From Ruminococcaceae bacterium UBA1405 (GTDB lineage Bacteria; Bacillota; Clostridia; Oscillospirales; Ruminococcaceae), in contig DBQB01000003.1 of the NCBI GenBank assembly GCA_002305685.1, positions 49,254 through 113,253 on the forward strand: a stretch of 64,000 nucleotides of DNA, written 5' to 3'. The position numbers and the translations under genes are program-made. The notes beneath the pieces were generated by a model that saw nothing but the letters and a program-made list of their open reading frames with translations, was not told the DNA's origin and did no database searches. Shown piece by piece: positions 55,294 to 64,000 of the stretch (position 1 is its first letter; each line of letters opens with the position of its first letter).

Positions 55294-55342
55294 CAAAAAG
55301 CCAAAAGGGACGCCCTCCGGCCGAAAACCGAAAGGGCGTCCC
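55294..55342 (-). terminator. Rho-independent terminator after rnj
   Basis: On the minus strand, GGGACGCCCT...AGGGCGTCCC is followed by TTTTGGCTTTTT. Confidence 0.7.
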
Positions 55343-55357
55343 TGCTCACTGCTCAGG

Positions 55358-57271
55358 TTAAATCTGCTGAATCACCGGCAAAATCATCGGACTGCGCTTG
55401 GTCTGTCCGTAGAAATAATCGGATAGGTCATCCTTCAGCCGCTGCTTGATATTGGACCACTCGTGAACCCCGGTATCCCCGCAGCTCTCCACGGCATCCC
55501 GGGCAATCCTGCGCGCCTCGTTCATCATGGCCTCCGCCTCCCGGACATAGACAAAACCTCTGGAAATGATGTCCGGACCGGCCATAATCAGTCCCGTCTG
55601 TGCGTCCAGCGTCACAACCACCACAATCAGGCCGTCCTGCGCCAGGTGTTTGCGATCCCGCAGCACAATGCTGCCCACATCGCCTACGCCCAGGCCATCC
55701 ACCAGCACCCGTCCGGCGGGAACGGTACCGGTATACTTCATATCCACCCCGTCGGTTTCCAGCACCTTACCGATATCGCTGATAAAGATGTTCTGGGGCT
55801 CCACCCCCACCGCGACCGCCAGATCGGCGTGCTTTTTCATATGCTTATATTCCCCGTGAATGGGAATAAAGAACTTGGGGCGGGTTAATCCCAGCATCAG
55901 GCGCAGCTCATCCTGACAGGCATGGCCGGAAACGTGAACCTCATACATATTGTCGTAGATCACCTCGGCGCCCAGCTTCATCAGCTCATTGATGACCCGG
56001 CTGACCGTTTTCTCGTTTCCGGGGATGGGTTTGGCGGAGATGATGATGAAATCGTTGGGGGTAACCGAAACCTTCCGGTGATCGCTCATGGCCATACGGC
56101 TGAGGGCGGACATAGGCTCTCCCTGGCTTCCGGTGGTGATGATTACCATCTGCTCATCGCTGTAGCGGCCGATGGCATCGATGTCCACCAGCGTCCCATC
56201 TGGGATATCCAGATATCCCAGCTCCAGGGCGGTGGCGGTGGCGTTGACCATGCTGCGCCCGGAGATGGCGACCTTACGGCCGTGGCGAACCGCCGCGGAG
56301 ATGATCTGCTGCACCCGGTGCACGTTGGAGGCGAAGGTCGCGATGATGATCCGCTTTTTCTCCGCACGGTTGAAGAGCGTCTCAAAGGTTTCTCCCACCT
56401 TGCGCTCGCTGGTGGTACTGCCGGGGCGCTCCGCGTTGGTGGATTCCCCCAACAACGCCAGGACCCCGCGGCTTCCCAGCTCGCCGAAGCGGGCCAGATC
56501 GATGATCTCTCCCTGGATGGGGGAGTAATCCACCTTAAAGTCGCCGGTATGGATGATCACGCCTGCCGGGGTGTGTATCGCCATGGCGCAGGCGTCGGGG
56601 ATGGAATGGTTTACCCGGATAAATTCCACCGCCATACATCCCGCTTTGATGATATCTTTGGGCTTTACCACATTGAGCTGGGTGGAGGAAAGAATCCCGT
56701 GTTCCACCAGTTTTCCTTCCAGCAGCCCCAGTGTCAACCGGGTAGCGTATACCGGGACATTGAGCTTTTTGAGCAGATACGGTACCGCGCCAATATGGTC
56801 CTCATGCCCGTGGGTCAAAAAGATGCCCCGAATCTTTTCGCGGTTGCGTTCCAGATAGGTAAAATCCGGGATCACCAGATCGACGCCCAGCATCTCATCG
56901 TCCGGGAACGCAAGGCCGCAGTCCACAATGATGATATCGTTGGCACATTCATAGACATAAATATTCTTTCCAATCTCGCCCAGTCCGCCCAAAGAGATGA
57001 TCTTCACCGGGGTTTTGCGCACCTGGCGCCCTCTGGAGCTGCGGCGGGGAGAGGCGGTACGCCCTTCCTTGGAGATTGTCTGTTTGGCCGGCTGTTCTTT
57101 GGCGGAAACGGTGGACGCCTGCGCCGATTTTGCCTGTCTTTCCGGGTTTCTTCTGCTGGTACTGCGGCGTACAGGACGTTTGCTGTGTGCCGCTGCCTCC
57201 GAACCGTTTTCCTCTGCCTTCGCTCTTGCAGACTGGTTATTCTCTTTTTTCTCCTGTTGTGTCACTATCAT
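55358..57271 (-). CDS. rnj: Ribonuclease J with an N-terminal Lys/Arg/Ser-rich extension of about 95 aa
   Basis: The metallo-beta-lactamase/beta-CASP core is present (IISLGGLGEIGKN, LTHGHEDHIGA). The start is ambiguous: the track's TTG is at 57280, an ATG at 57271 and a GTG at 57265, with the GGAGG RBS at 57276-57272. Confidence 0.85.
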   Translation of the reverse strand: MIVTQQEKKENNQSARAKAEENGSEAAAHSKRPVRRSTSRRNPERQAKSAQASTVSAKEQPAKQTISKEGRTASPRRSSRGRQVRKTPVKIISLGGLGEIGKNIYVYECANDIIIVDCGLAFPDDEMLGVDLVIPDFTYLERNREKIRGIFLTHGHEDHIGAVPYLLKKLNVPVYATRLTLGLLEGKLVEHGILSSTQLNVVKPKDIIKAGCMAVEFIRVNHSIPDACAMAIHTPAGVIIHTGDFKVDYSPIQGEIIDLARFGELGSRGVLALLGESTNAERPGSTTSERKVGETFETLFNRAEKKRIIIATFASNVHRVQQIISAAVRHGRKVAISGRSMVNATATALELGYLDIPDGTLVDIDAIGRYSDEQMVIITTGSQGEPMSALSRMAMSDHRKVSVTPNDFIIISAKPIPGNEKTVSRVINELMKLGAEVIYDNMYEVHVSGHACQDELRLMLGLTRPKFFIPIHGEYKHMKKHADLAVAVGVEPQNIFISDIGKVLETDGVDMKYTGTVPAGRVLVDGLGVGDVGSIVLRDRKHLAQDGLIVVVVTLDAQTGLIMAGPDIISRGFVYVREAEAMMNEARRIARDAVESCGDTGVHEWSNIKQRLKDDLSDYFYGQTKRSPMILPVIQQI

Positions 57272-57832
57272 TACCTCCAAATTCTTCTGACAACCAGCAA
57301 AATGACGGCAGCTTTATCCGCCCTTCCAATTGAAACGTTCTAAACTGCTGGTTTTTCCTGTTTCCAAAATTACTGTCCATACAACTTATATACATGATGA
57401 GATGAACCGGCCTTTCTATCCGCGCCACTGGGGTATCCTCTGAGCGCCCTGTCAGGGGTATTTCACAGCGATCTATCCTTCTCTTGTGCAGCATGAAAAT
57501 GCACAGAAAATCTCCCTTCTCTCCGGAAAACAGAGAACCATCCGGAAAAAAGCAAAAAAATACCACTTTCATCTCAGAAAGCACACAAAACCGAGAAAAT
57601 CCGAAGCAGTAAAACGCCCCCTGCAAACGGAATCCATTCCCGGAAAGGATTGCCGGAAAACGAACACATCATTCATAGTTATTGTATCCGAAAGCAACGT
57701 ATGTGTCAAGCAGCGGCACTCTGCTGGACGCTACCTATAGTTTGCGCCGATCCAGTACGGTTATACCAGATATCCCCAGGCAAATTCGCCGCTATCCCCA
57801 AAACAGCCCTTCTTTTTTTATCCCATCTCCCG

Positions 57833-57861
57833 TTGACTTTTGCGGTTTCCTACCATACACT
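57833..57861 (+). promoter_or_regulatory. Sigma-70-like promoter TTGACT-17-TACACT upstream of 57940-59202
   Basis: The motifs were read directly. Confidence 0.45.
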
Positions 57862-57939
57862 GGAAAAAAGAACTCATCGGATAAACTCCCAATTCAAAAT
57901 ACAGCTCAAAATTGTTACATGGAAGGAGGAGAACAGATC

Positions 57940-59202
57940 ATGTCCCAGACAAAGCTAACCATCGACAAAGACAAATTTCGCATCAACGGCAAACTCACCT
58001 ATTCGGAGATTCCCACCGTCAAACCGCAGATGCACGGACTGCTCATGAACGCAAGGTTCATCCAAGGGGTCTTTGACAGCAAAAACCGCGCCCAGTTCCA
58101 CCGATACGGAAAAACCTTCGACCCGCAGCAGAACACCGACGCACTGATCGCGGCGCTTCCCCGGTGGTATGAAAAAGGGCTGCGGGCCATTACGGTGGGG
58201 ATGCAGGGGGGCGGCGCCTGCTTCACCATACCGGGCGAGGAACTGCAAAACCAGCCCTTCTCCCTTGACGGAACCTGGATTGACCCTGCCTATCTGCAGC
58301 GGCTGTACCGGATCCTTGAAGCCTGCGACCGGCTGGGTATGGCCGTCATCGTCAGCTACTTTTACGGATTTAACGCCGCATCCCTTCAGGGGGCAGCAGC
58401 GGTCATCCGCATTGTGGAATCGATGACCCGTTATCTGCGGGATACCGGCTTTGCAAACATCGTCATTGAAATCGCCAACGAACACAACGTCTCCGCCTTC
58501 TCCTCCCTGCCCATCCTCCACGAACCTCAGGGGATTGTCGCGCTGATCCATCTGGCAAAACAGATCGCCCCAAATCTGGCGGTAGGGTGCAGCGGAGCCG
58601 GAGGGTATCTGCACCGGGAGGTCTGCCAGGCAAGCGATATTGTGTTGATTCATGGCAACGGGGAAAGCCGCTCTCAGCTCTACAATCATATTCGCAGGGC
58701 AAAAGAATATGCGGGGGAGAAACCGATTGTCATCAACGAGGATTCCCAGGCCATCGGGCAGCTGCAGGTGTGTGAGGAAACCTGCTGTTCCTGGGGATAT
58801 TACAACAATATGACCAAGCAGGAACCTCCCGTGGATTGGGGAATCACCCGAGGGGAAGACGCCTTCTTTGCCTGGAGGATGGCAGATATGCTCGGCATCG
58901 CCCAACCGGAGATTGCGCCGGAAGAACAGTATTATTTTCAGGGCTTTGAGCCACAGATGCATCACCACGGCATCCGTTTTCCCAGGGTTGCCTGCCTTTA
59001 CCCCGAGAAGGTCAACTATGTGCGGTTTTATCAAAACGGCGAGCTGGTCTATACCTGCTACGATGAGAGCTTTACCTGCGGGTTTCGCTCCAACTGGAAA
59101 CAGGACGGCTTCCTCACAAGGGATGGGGATGTCTGGGAGGCGGAAATCGTGCTGCGAGACGGCAAAACCCTTCGCCTGACCCAAAGGGTAAAAAACATCT
59201 GA
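57940..59202 (+). CDS. Hypothetical protein, possibly a TIM-barrel glycoside-hydrolase-like enzyme (GH5-like NE motif)
   Basis: A strong GGAGGAG RBS precedes MSQTKLTIDKDKF.... The sequence contains IVIEIANEHN. The functional call is weak. The opposite-strand 435-aa ORF was rejected. Confidence 0.55.
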   Translation: MSQTKLTIDKDKFRINGKLTYSEIPTVKPQMHGLLMNARFIQGVFDSKNRAQFHRYGKTFDPQQNTDALIAALPRWYEKGLRAITVGMQGGGACFTIPGEELQNQPFSLDGTWIDPAYLQRLYRILEACDRLGMAVIVSYFYGFNAASLQGAAAVIRIVESMTRYLRDTGFANIVIEIANEHNVSAFSSLPILHEPQGIVALIHLAKQIAPNLAVGCSGAGGYLHREVCQASDIVLIHGNGESRSQLYNHIRRAKEYAGEKPIVINEDSQAIGQLQVCEETCCSWGYYNNMTKQEPPVDWGITRGEDAFFAWRMADMLGIAQPEIAPEEQYYFQGFEPQMHHHGIRFPRVACLYPEKVNYVRFYQNGELVYTCYDESFTCGFRSNWKQDGFLTRDGDVWEAEIVLRDGKTLRLTQRVKNI

Positions 59203-59266
59203 GAAACAGACCTGCCGCAAAATTCGGCAATATCGCAGCCTGCCAAAACAATTCCAAACCAAACAC

Positions 59267-59306
59267 AGGCCCCCAAAAGAAGCGGTTGTGCTTCCTTTGG
59301 GGGCCT
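59267..59306. terminator. Hairpin between convergent genes (AGGCCCCCAAAaGAAGC...GCTTCcTTTGGGGGCCT) without a clear U-tract
   Basis: The inverted repeat was read directly. Confidence 0.45.
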
Positions 59307-59383
59307 ATGTTGATACATTCTCTTTTGCAGCAGCCACTGCTGTAGAATGTAGAAACAGGACGCCTAAAGATAAACCGGAATTT

Positions 59384-60211
59384 TTAAAAATCCGTATCGT
59401 ATTCCCAGGGCTGTCCTCCGGAAATACACCCGCCATCCACCCGATATTCGCATCCGGTGATATAGGCGGAGGCATCAGATGCCAGAAGAATACAGACACC
59501 CACAATATCCTCCGGATATCCAGGCCGGTTCATGGCGATATGTTCCAGCAGATACTTGGAGCGAGTGGGATGTTCCCAGGTCACCGTAGTCAGCGGGGTT
59601 TGGATATGTCCCGGGCTGATACAGTTGGAACGAATACCATATTTGGCCCATTCCACCGATTCAGACTTGGTCAAGGCGTATACCCCGCTTTTGGTGGCTG
59701 CATATACCGAACAGCCTCCCAGCACCCATCCGGTATTGTGGGAACCAATGTTGATGATGCTGCCGCCCTTACCGGTGCGCAAAAACTGCTCCTTCATCTG
59801 GCGGGCAACCGCCTGGGTTACAAAAAAGGTTCCCTTGAGATTGATATCCATAATACGGTCATAGGTCTGCTCATCATAATCCGCAAGGCCTATGCGCTTA
59901 TTGATCCCTGCACAGTTGACCAAAACGTCGATATGCCCATACATCCGGACAATCTCTTCCACACAGGCGGAGATGTTCTCTTTGTCGGTGACATCCAACA
60001 AATGAACCGATGCGCCGCCGTCTGCCTGTACAATCTCGCCCTGAAGGGCTTGCAGCGAGGAAAGATTGATGTCGCAAAGCGCCACCGAAGCGCCCGCCTG
60101 TGCCAGCGCTTTGCACAGAGCGCTCCCTATGCCGCCCGCGGCGCCGGTGAAAAGCACAACCTTACCTTCCAGGGAAAACAATTTTTCCAAATATGAAGCT
60201 GCCGTTATCAT
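59384..60211 (-). CDS. SDR-family oxidoreductase (gluconate-5-dehydrogenase/3-oxoacyl-ACP-reductase-like)
   Basis: LFTGAAGGIGSALCKAL (TGxxxGxG) and YAATKSGVYALTK (YxxxK). The start was trimmed to MITAASY. Confidence 0.8.
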   Translation of the reverse strand: MITAASYLEKLFSLEGKVVLFTGAAGGIGSALCKALAQAGASVALCDINLSSLQALQGEIVQADGGASVHLLDVTDKENISACVEEIVRMYGHIDVLVNCAGINKRIGLADYDEQTYDRIMDINLKGTFFVTQAVARQMKEQFLRTGKGGSIINIGSHNTGWVLGGCSVYAATKSGVYALTKSESVEWAKYGIRSNCISPGHIQTPLTTVTWEHPTRSKYLLEHIAMNRPGYPEDIVGVCILLASDASAYITGCEYRVDGGCISGGQPWEYDTDF

Positions 60212-60258
60212 CGATGCTCTGTCCCCTTTTCCAATTTCGCGTTTCCCGGCAGCAGCCA

Positions 60259-61191
60259 TCACCCCTGCCGGGCGATGGAACGAACTGCCTGCACAATGTG
60301 CTCCACCGTCAGGCCATGGTATTGCAGCACCTCGGCATAATTGTGCCCGCTGCATCCAAAGGTATCTTCAATTCCCACAAACTCAATGGGTTTGCCGCTG
60401 CGGCGCAGCACCTCCGCGATAGCGCTGCCCAAACCGCCGATCACGCTATGCTCCTCAGCGGTGACAACCCCCCGGCAACCTTCAGCCAACTGGGCAATCT
60501 TCTGGGAATTGAGGGGTTTGATGGTGCTGACATTGACCACCCGCACCGACAGTTCTCCCTCCAATTCCTTGGCTGCCGCCAGGGACAGCCCCACCATATA
60601 ACCGGTAGCGAAAATCACCACATCCCCGCCATCCCGAAGCATGGTGGGTACACCGATCTCAAAGGGCTTACCCTCCGGGGTTACGTTCTCATAATCGTTG
60701 CGATTGAGCCGCAGATAAGCGGGCCCATGATACTTTGCCAAAGCCTTGGTCGCCTCCACCGTCTCATTGGCATCGGCGGGGCAGATGACTACCATACCCG
60801 GAATCGCCCGCATATACGCGATATCCTCCACCGATTGATGGGTGGAGCCATCGCCAAAGTCCGAAAGCCCTGCGGAGGACCCCACAATTTTGACATTAAG
60901 ACGCCCGATGGAGATGGTCTGACGAATCTGATCGTAGGCACGGCCGGCGGCAAACACCGCAAAGGAGTTGGTGAAGGGAATCAGCCCGGTCTGGGCCATC
61001 CCCGCGGCCACCGAGGTCATGTTGGCCTCGGCAATCCCCATCTCATAATGTCTTTCGGGAAACGCCTGTTCAAACATCTTTCCCGTGGTGGAGCCCGCCA
61101 GATCCGCGTCCAGCACCACCACATCCGGATTTTCCTTTCCCAGTTCTACCAGGGTATTTCCGTATGCAATTCTCTGATTGGTATAAGCCAT
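60259..61191 (-). CDS. Transketolase, C-terminal (pyrimidine-binding) subunit
   Basis: MAYTNQRIAYGNTLVELGKENPDVVVLDADLAGST...GIAEANM, 310 aa. Confidence 0.85.
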   Translation of the reverse strand: MAYTNQRIAYGNTLVELGKENPDVVVLDADLAGSTTGKMFEQAFPERHYEMGIAEANMTSVAAGMAQTGLIPFTNSFAVFAAGRAYDQIRQTISIGRLNVKIVGSSAGLSDFGDGSTHQSVEDIAYMRAIPGMVVICPADANETVEATKALAKYHGPAYLRLNRNDYENVTPEGKPFEIGVPTMLRDGGDVVIFATGYMVGLSLAAAKELEGELSVRVVNVSTIKPLNSQKIAQLAEGCRGVVTAEEHSVIGGLGSAIAEVLRRSGKPIEFVGIEDTFGCSGHNYAEVLQYHGLTVEHIVQAVRSIARQG

Positions 61192-61216
61192 GTGAAACCC
61201 CTCCTTCTATCGTCAT

Positions 61217-62041
61217 TCAGGACAGTTCTTCCAGCGCCTGATCGTATTGCTGCTGGGAGAGAATGCCGTTGTGAAAGCTCACCACATTTTCCGCAAAACT
61301 GATGCCTTTTCCCTTGACGGTGTGGGCGATGATGACGGTGGGCATCCCTTTCACCTCATCCGCCCCGTCCAGCGCCGTCAGGATCTGTTCCATATCGTGC
61401 CCGTCGATCTCGATGACGTTCCAGCCAAATGCCCTCCATTTTTCCGGCAAAGGATTGGTGTCAAAACGATCCCGCACCGCGCCGGTGGCCTGCAGCCCGT
61501 TTTGATCCACAATGGCCACCAGATTATCCGCATGGTAGATTCCAGCCGCCATAATGGCCTCCCAGTTCTGCCCTTCCGCCAATTCGCCGTCGCCGCACAG
61601 CACATAGGTATGGCGTTTAATTCCCTTGGCCTTCTGCCCCAATGCCATGCCCAGCCCTATGGAAAGCCCTTGTCCCAGCGAACCGGTTCCCGCCTCAATT
61701 CCCGGAGTCTTGGTCACATCGGGATGACCCTGTAAATAGGAACCGATCTCCTTGGTATGTTTGAGGTCCTCCACCGGGAAATAGCCGCACTGGGCCAGCG
61801 CTGCATACTGCAAAATCGCCACATGGCCCTTGCTCAGCAGGAAACGGTCCCGGTCCTCCATCTTGGGATTCTTGGGGTCGTGTTTCATCTTATAAAAATA
61901 CAGCGCTGCAACAATATCGGCGCTGGAACAGGAGCCTCCCAGATGCCCCGCAATGCCTACCCCGATGCTGATTACCACATTGCGCCGCAGGCAGCGCGCC
62001 TGCTGTTGGAGCGTTTGCAGCAATTCCTTATCATAGCTCAT
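61217..62041 (-). CDS. Transketolase, N-terminal (TPP-binding) subunit
   Basis: GHLGGSCSSADIVAALYF, SKGHVAILQYAAL, GSLGQGLSIGLGMAL, CGDGELAEGQNWEA. A GGAGGA RBS is present. Confidence 0.85.
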   Translation of the reverse strand: MSYDKELLQTLQQQARCLRRNVVISIGVGIAGHLGGSCSSADIVAALYFYKMKHDPKNPKMEDRDRFLLSKGHVAILQYAALAQCGYFPVEDLKHTKEIGSYLQGHPDVTKTPGIEAGTGSLGQGLSIGLGMALGQKAKGIKRHTYVLCGDGELAEGQNWEAIMAAGIYHADNLVAIVDQNGLQATGAVRDRFDTNPLPEKWRAFGWNVIEIDGHDMEQILTALDGADEVKGMPTVIIAHTVKGKGISFAENVVSFHNGILSQQQYDQALEELS

Positions 62042-62741
62042 GACTGATTTCCTCCTCTGTCTCATATGCTGTTTTATTCTTTTCCAGATGCTCCCGCATC
62101 CACTGCATCGCCATCGCCTCGTCCCGGCTGCGAAAGGCCTCGATCAATTTGCCGTGGTAGTAGAGACCAGGTTGGTAGCCTGTCAGCTGTACCACATCGT
62201 TCATCGCCTGCTGCAACGTCTCCCGCAGAATGCTTTGGGTGCGAATCACCAGATCATTACAGGTCATTCGTCCAATCTGGAGATGAAATTCCACATCCAG
62301 CATCCCAAAGCGCTGCGGATCTCCGATACAGCGCTGCATGGCTTCCAAAATAGACTCCAGCCGCTCCAGCTGCTGCGGCGTCCCACGGCGGGCCGCCAGC
62401 GCCGCCGACTGGATTTCCAGCATCTCCCGAAATTCCATCACCTGGGGCAGGGTATCCCGGCTCAGCACAATCGCGGGAATCAGAGGGGTCACCGCGTCCG
62501 CCGCTTCCAGCTGCTTGACAAAGGAACCTTCCCCCAACCGCGTCTCCACCAGCCCCAAAGCCCCCAGCTTTTGCAGCGCCTGACGCACCGTGATCCGGCT
62601 GACGCCAAACTGGGCTGCCAGCTCATTTTCCGACGGGAGCTTTTCCCCCGGTTTCCACTCTCCCTGTACCAGCAGCTCTTTGAGCTGCGTAAACACCTGT
62701 TCTCCAACGCTGACCCGCTTGATGGGTTTCACTCCACTCAT
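62031..62741 (-). CDS. GntR-family (FadR/FCD subfamily) transcriptional regulator
   Basis: LPSENELAAQFGVSRITVRQALQKL with a helical FCD-like C-terminus. The ORF overlaps the transketolase start by 11 nt. Confidence 0.8.
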   Translation of the reverse strand: MSGVKPIKRVSVGEQVFTQLKELLVQGEWKPGEKLPSENELAAQFGVSRITVRQALQKLGALGLVETRLGEGSFVKQLEAADAVTPLIPAIVLSRDTLPQVMEFREMLEIQSAALAARRGTPQQLERLESILEAMQRCIGDPQRFGMLDVEFHLQIGRMTCNDLVIRTQSILRETLQQAMNDVVQLTGYQPGLYYHGKLIEAFRSRDEAMAMQWMREHLEKNKTAYETEEEISHEL

Positions 62742-62863
62742 GGGCTTCTCTCCTGTATGCTGTTAGTTGTATTACAAGTACTCTATGATTATCATATTCC
62801 TCTCCCACCCTTTTGTCAAGAACTCTCTTTCATTTCCACCGCAGGAAAAATTTTCCCCGCCCA

Positions 62864-62893
62864 TTGACAAACCCGTCGTGCTGTGCCTATAAT
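62864..62893 (+). promoter_or_regulatory. Sigma-70 promoter TTGACA-18-TATAAT driving the T-box leader
   Basis: Both hexamers are a perfect match to consensus and were read directly. Confidence 0.6.
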
Positions 62894-62904
62894 AAACACA
62901 GTAC

Positions 62905-63195
62905 AAAAACCGTTGATCGAGAAGAGTAGGCAGGGAGTTTTCGTCCCCAGAGAGCTGTGGATGATGGGATCACAGCGACAGAAAACCTTGCTGAATGGAC
63001 TTGAGAGGGCAGGACGAAACGCCTTCGGGCTCAGTAGCACCTGACGGGAAGGTCTCCGCCGTTACCAGGGGACTCCATAACATCGCATATGGACAGAGGC
63101 GGGCAATTTTGATTTGCCAATATGGGTGGTACCGCAGGAGTTTTGAACCAAACGCTCCTGTCCCAGCAAAAAAGCTGGGACAGGAGCGTTTTTCT
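62905..63195 (+). promoter_or_regulatory. T-box riboswitch leader; the specifier is read as UGG (tryptophan)
   Basis: Stem I was folded by hand. It has a K-turn (GA/GA), a specifier loop (5' AAGAGUA and 3' GAA-UGG-A, with UGG at 62996-62998), the AG bulge CCAGAGAG and a distal loop. The F-box CCGUUA is at 63059-63064. The T-box AAUAUGGGUGGUACCGCAGG is at 63119-63138. The terminator is 63151-63190 plus a T-run. Confidence 0.8.
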
Positions 63196-63371
63196 TTTGT
63201 TTCGCGTCTGTTCTTTCTGAAAAGAGGTGGAAAGGGATGTATATCGACAGCGGCCATACATGAAGGAATGGATCTTGGACGGATCAGATGGGATATCCCT
63301 TCCCCGTCCAGGACGGCCCAAGAGCAAAAAATTTTCCTCAATGATTTGACAACAGAAAGGAATGTACCGTT

Positions 63372-64000
63372 ATGAGAGAAAACCCTTACTATCAAAGAGC
63401 GCTGGAAATACAGGATGAGATTGTTTCCAACCGGCGGAAAGTCCACGGCTTTGCAGAGCTGGGCTTTGATCTGCCCCAGACGGTGGCGCTGGTGATGGAA
63501 CAGCTTCGCTCCTACGGCTATGAACCCCAGCTGGTGGGAAAGGCCGGCGTCACCTGCACGGTGGGCAAAGGCGGCAAGGTGATTTTAATCCGGGGCGATA
63601 TGGACGCGCTGCCCATGCAGGAGGAAACCGGGCTTCCCTTTGCGGCGCAGAACGGCCACTGCCATTCCTGCGGCCATGACTGCCATACCGCCATGCTGCT
63701 GGGCGCAGCCAAACTGCTCAAGGAAAAGGAAGATACCCTCAAAGGCACCGTCAAATTTATGTTCCAACCCGCAGAGGAGCTGCTGGGCGGCGCCAAGGAT
63801 ATGATTGAAAACGGCATCCTGGAAAATCCCAAGGTGGACGCGGCGTTGGGATTGCACATCTCGGTGGGACGGGATTACAGCGAGGTGGGCAACGTAAGCT
63901 ATGCCCGCGGCCCTGCCAACTTTTCCGGAGACATGATCCGCATCACCATTCTGGGCCAGGACGCCCACGGCAGCCGTCCCGATAAAGGGGTGGACGCCAT
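63372..64000 (+). CDS. M20D-family amidohydrolase (N-acyl-L-amino-acid amidohydrolase/hippurate-hydrolase-like); the 3' end is cut by the window edge
   Basis: My own translation gives MRENPYYQRALEIQDEIVSNRRKVHGFAELGFDLPQTVALVMEQLRSYGYEP...ILIRGDMDALPMQEETGLPFAAQNGHCHSCGHDCHTAMLLGAAKLL...FMFQPAEE. The ORF is not in the track because it runs off the window. Confidence 0.8.
   Translation, partial: MRENPYYQRALEIQDEIVSNRRKVHGFAELGFDLPQTVALVMEQLRSYGYEPQLVGKAGVTCTVGKGGKVILIRGDMDALPMQEETGLPFAAQNGHCHSCGHDCHTAMLLGAAKLLKEKEDTLKGTVKFMFQPAEELLGGAKDMIENGILENPKVDAALGLHISVGRDYSEVGNVSYARGPANFSGDMIRITILGQDAHGSRPDKGVDA

Noticed and set aside
55922-57343. 473-aa plus-strand ORF opposite rnj
   Set aside because: The RNase J motifs are on the minus strand. 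The plus-strand frame is a shadow ORF.
57955-59262. 435-aa minus-strand ORF opposite 57940-59202
   Set aside because: The plus-strand ORF has a strong GGAGGAG RBS, balanced amino-acid composition and a GH-like NE motif. The minus-strand frame is Gly/Val/Asp/Pro-rich with no RBS.
1-64000. CRISPR arrays, rRNA genes, insertion sequences, integrases and prophage structural genes
   Set aside because: No regularly spaced direct repeats, rRNA signatures, transposase or integrase-like translations, or phage modules were seen on either strand.

Overview
The window looks like a 64-kb chromosomal segment of a moderately GC-rich Firmicute, probably Clostridia or an Oscillospiraceae-like organism. That placement is an inference from gene content: spoVG, an IspH-S1 fusion, a TilS-Hpt fusion, the gdpP-rplI-dnaB order, a T-box and an L-box. 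About 55 genes are supported, most on the minus strand.

Housekeeping genes: cmk-plsC-ispH/S1, murC, type IIA topoisomerase subunits B and A, ftsH, tilS/hpt, dnaB, rplI, gdpP, rnj, tRNA-Ala(CGC) and tRNA-Val(CAC).

Metabolic and transport genes: two tandem esterases with a Cys-type sulfatase and a further esterase, a GH2 enzyme, an aldo/keto reductase, an Fe-alcohol dehydrogenase with a divergent LysR regulator, a two-domain PPK2, a GntR regulator with split transketolase and an SDR, and two tandem paralogous three-gene ABC-2 systems.

Four things are most worth a second look:
1. A lysine riboswitch on the minus strand (about 21950-22190) sits in front of a YfcC-family carrier and an M20 hydrolase.
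2. A canonical T-box (62905-63195), whose specifier I read as UGG (Trp), sits in front of an M20D amidohydrolase.
3. A visibly AT-rich segment of about 2.8 kb (23.95-26.79 kb) is bounded by a 9-bp direct repeat. It carries decayed conjugative-element remnants (a VirD4/TraG C-terminal fragment and a frameshifted Maff2) plus an XRE regulator paired with an uncharacterised membrane/coiled-coil gene that is split at an A8 tract.
4. A long non-coding stretch lies upstream of rnj.

No CRISPR array, rRNA, integrase or transposase was seen. All family assignments come from reading the translated sequences. No database search was run.
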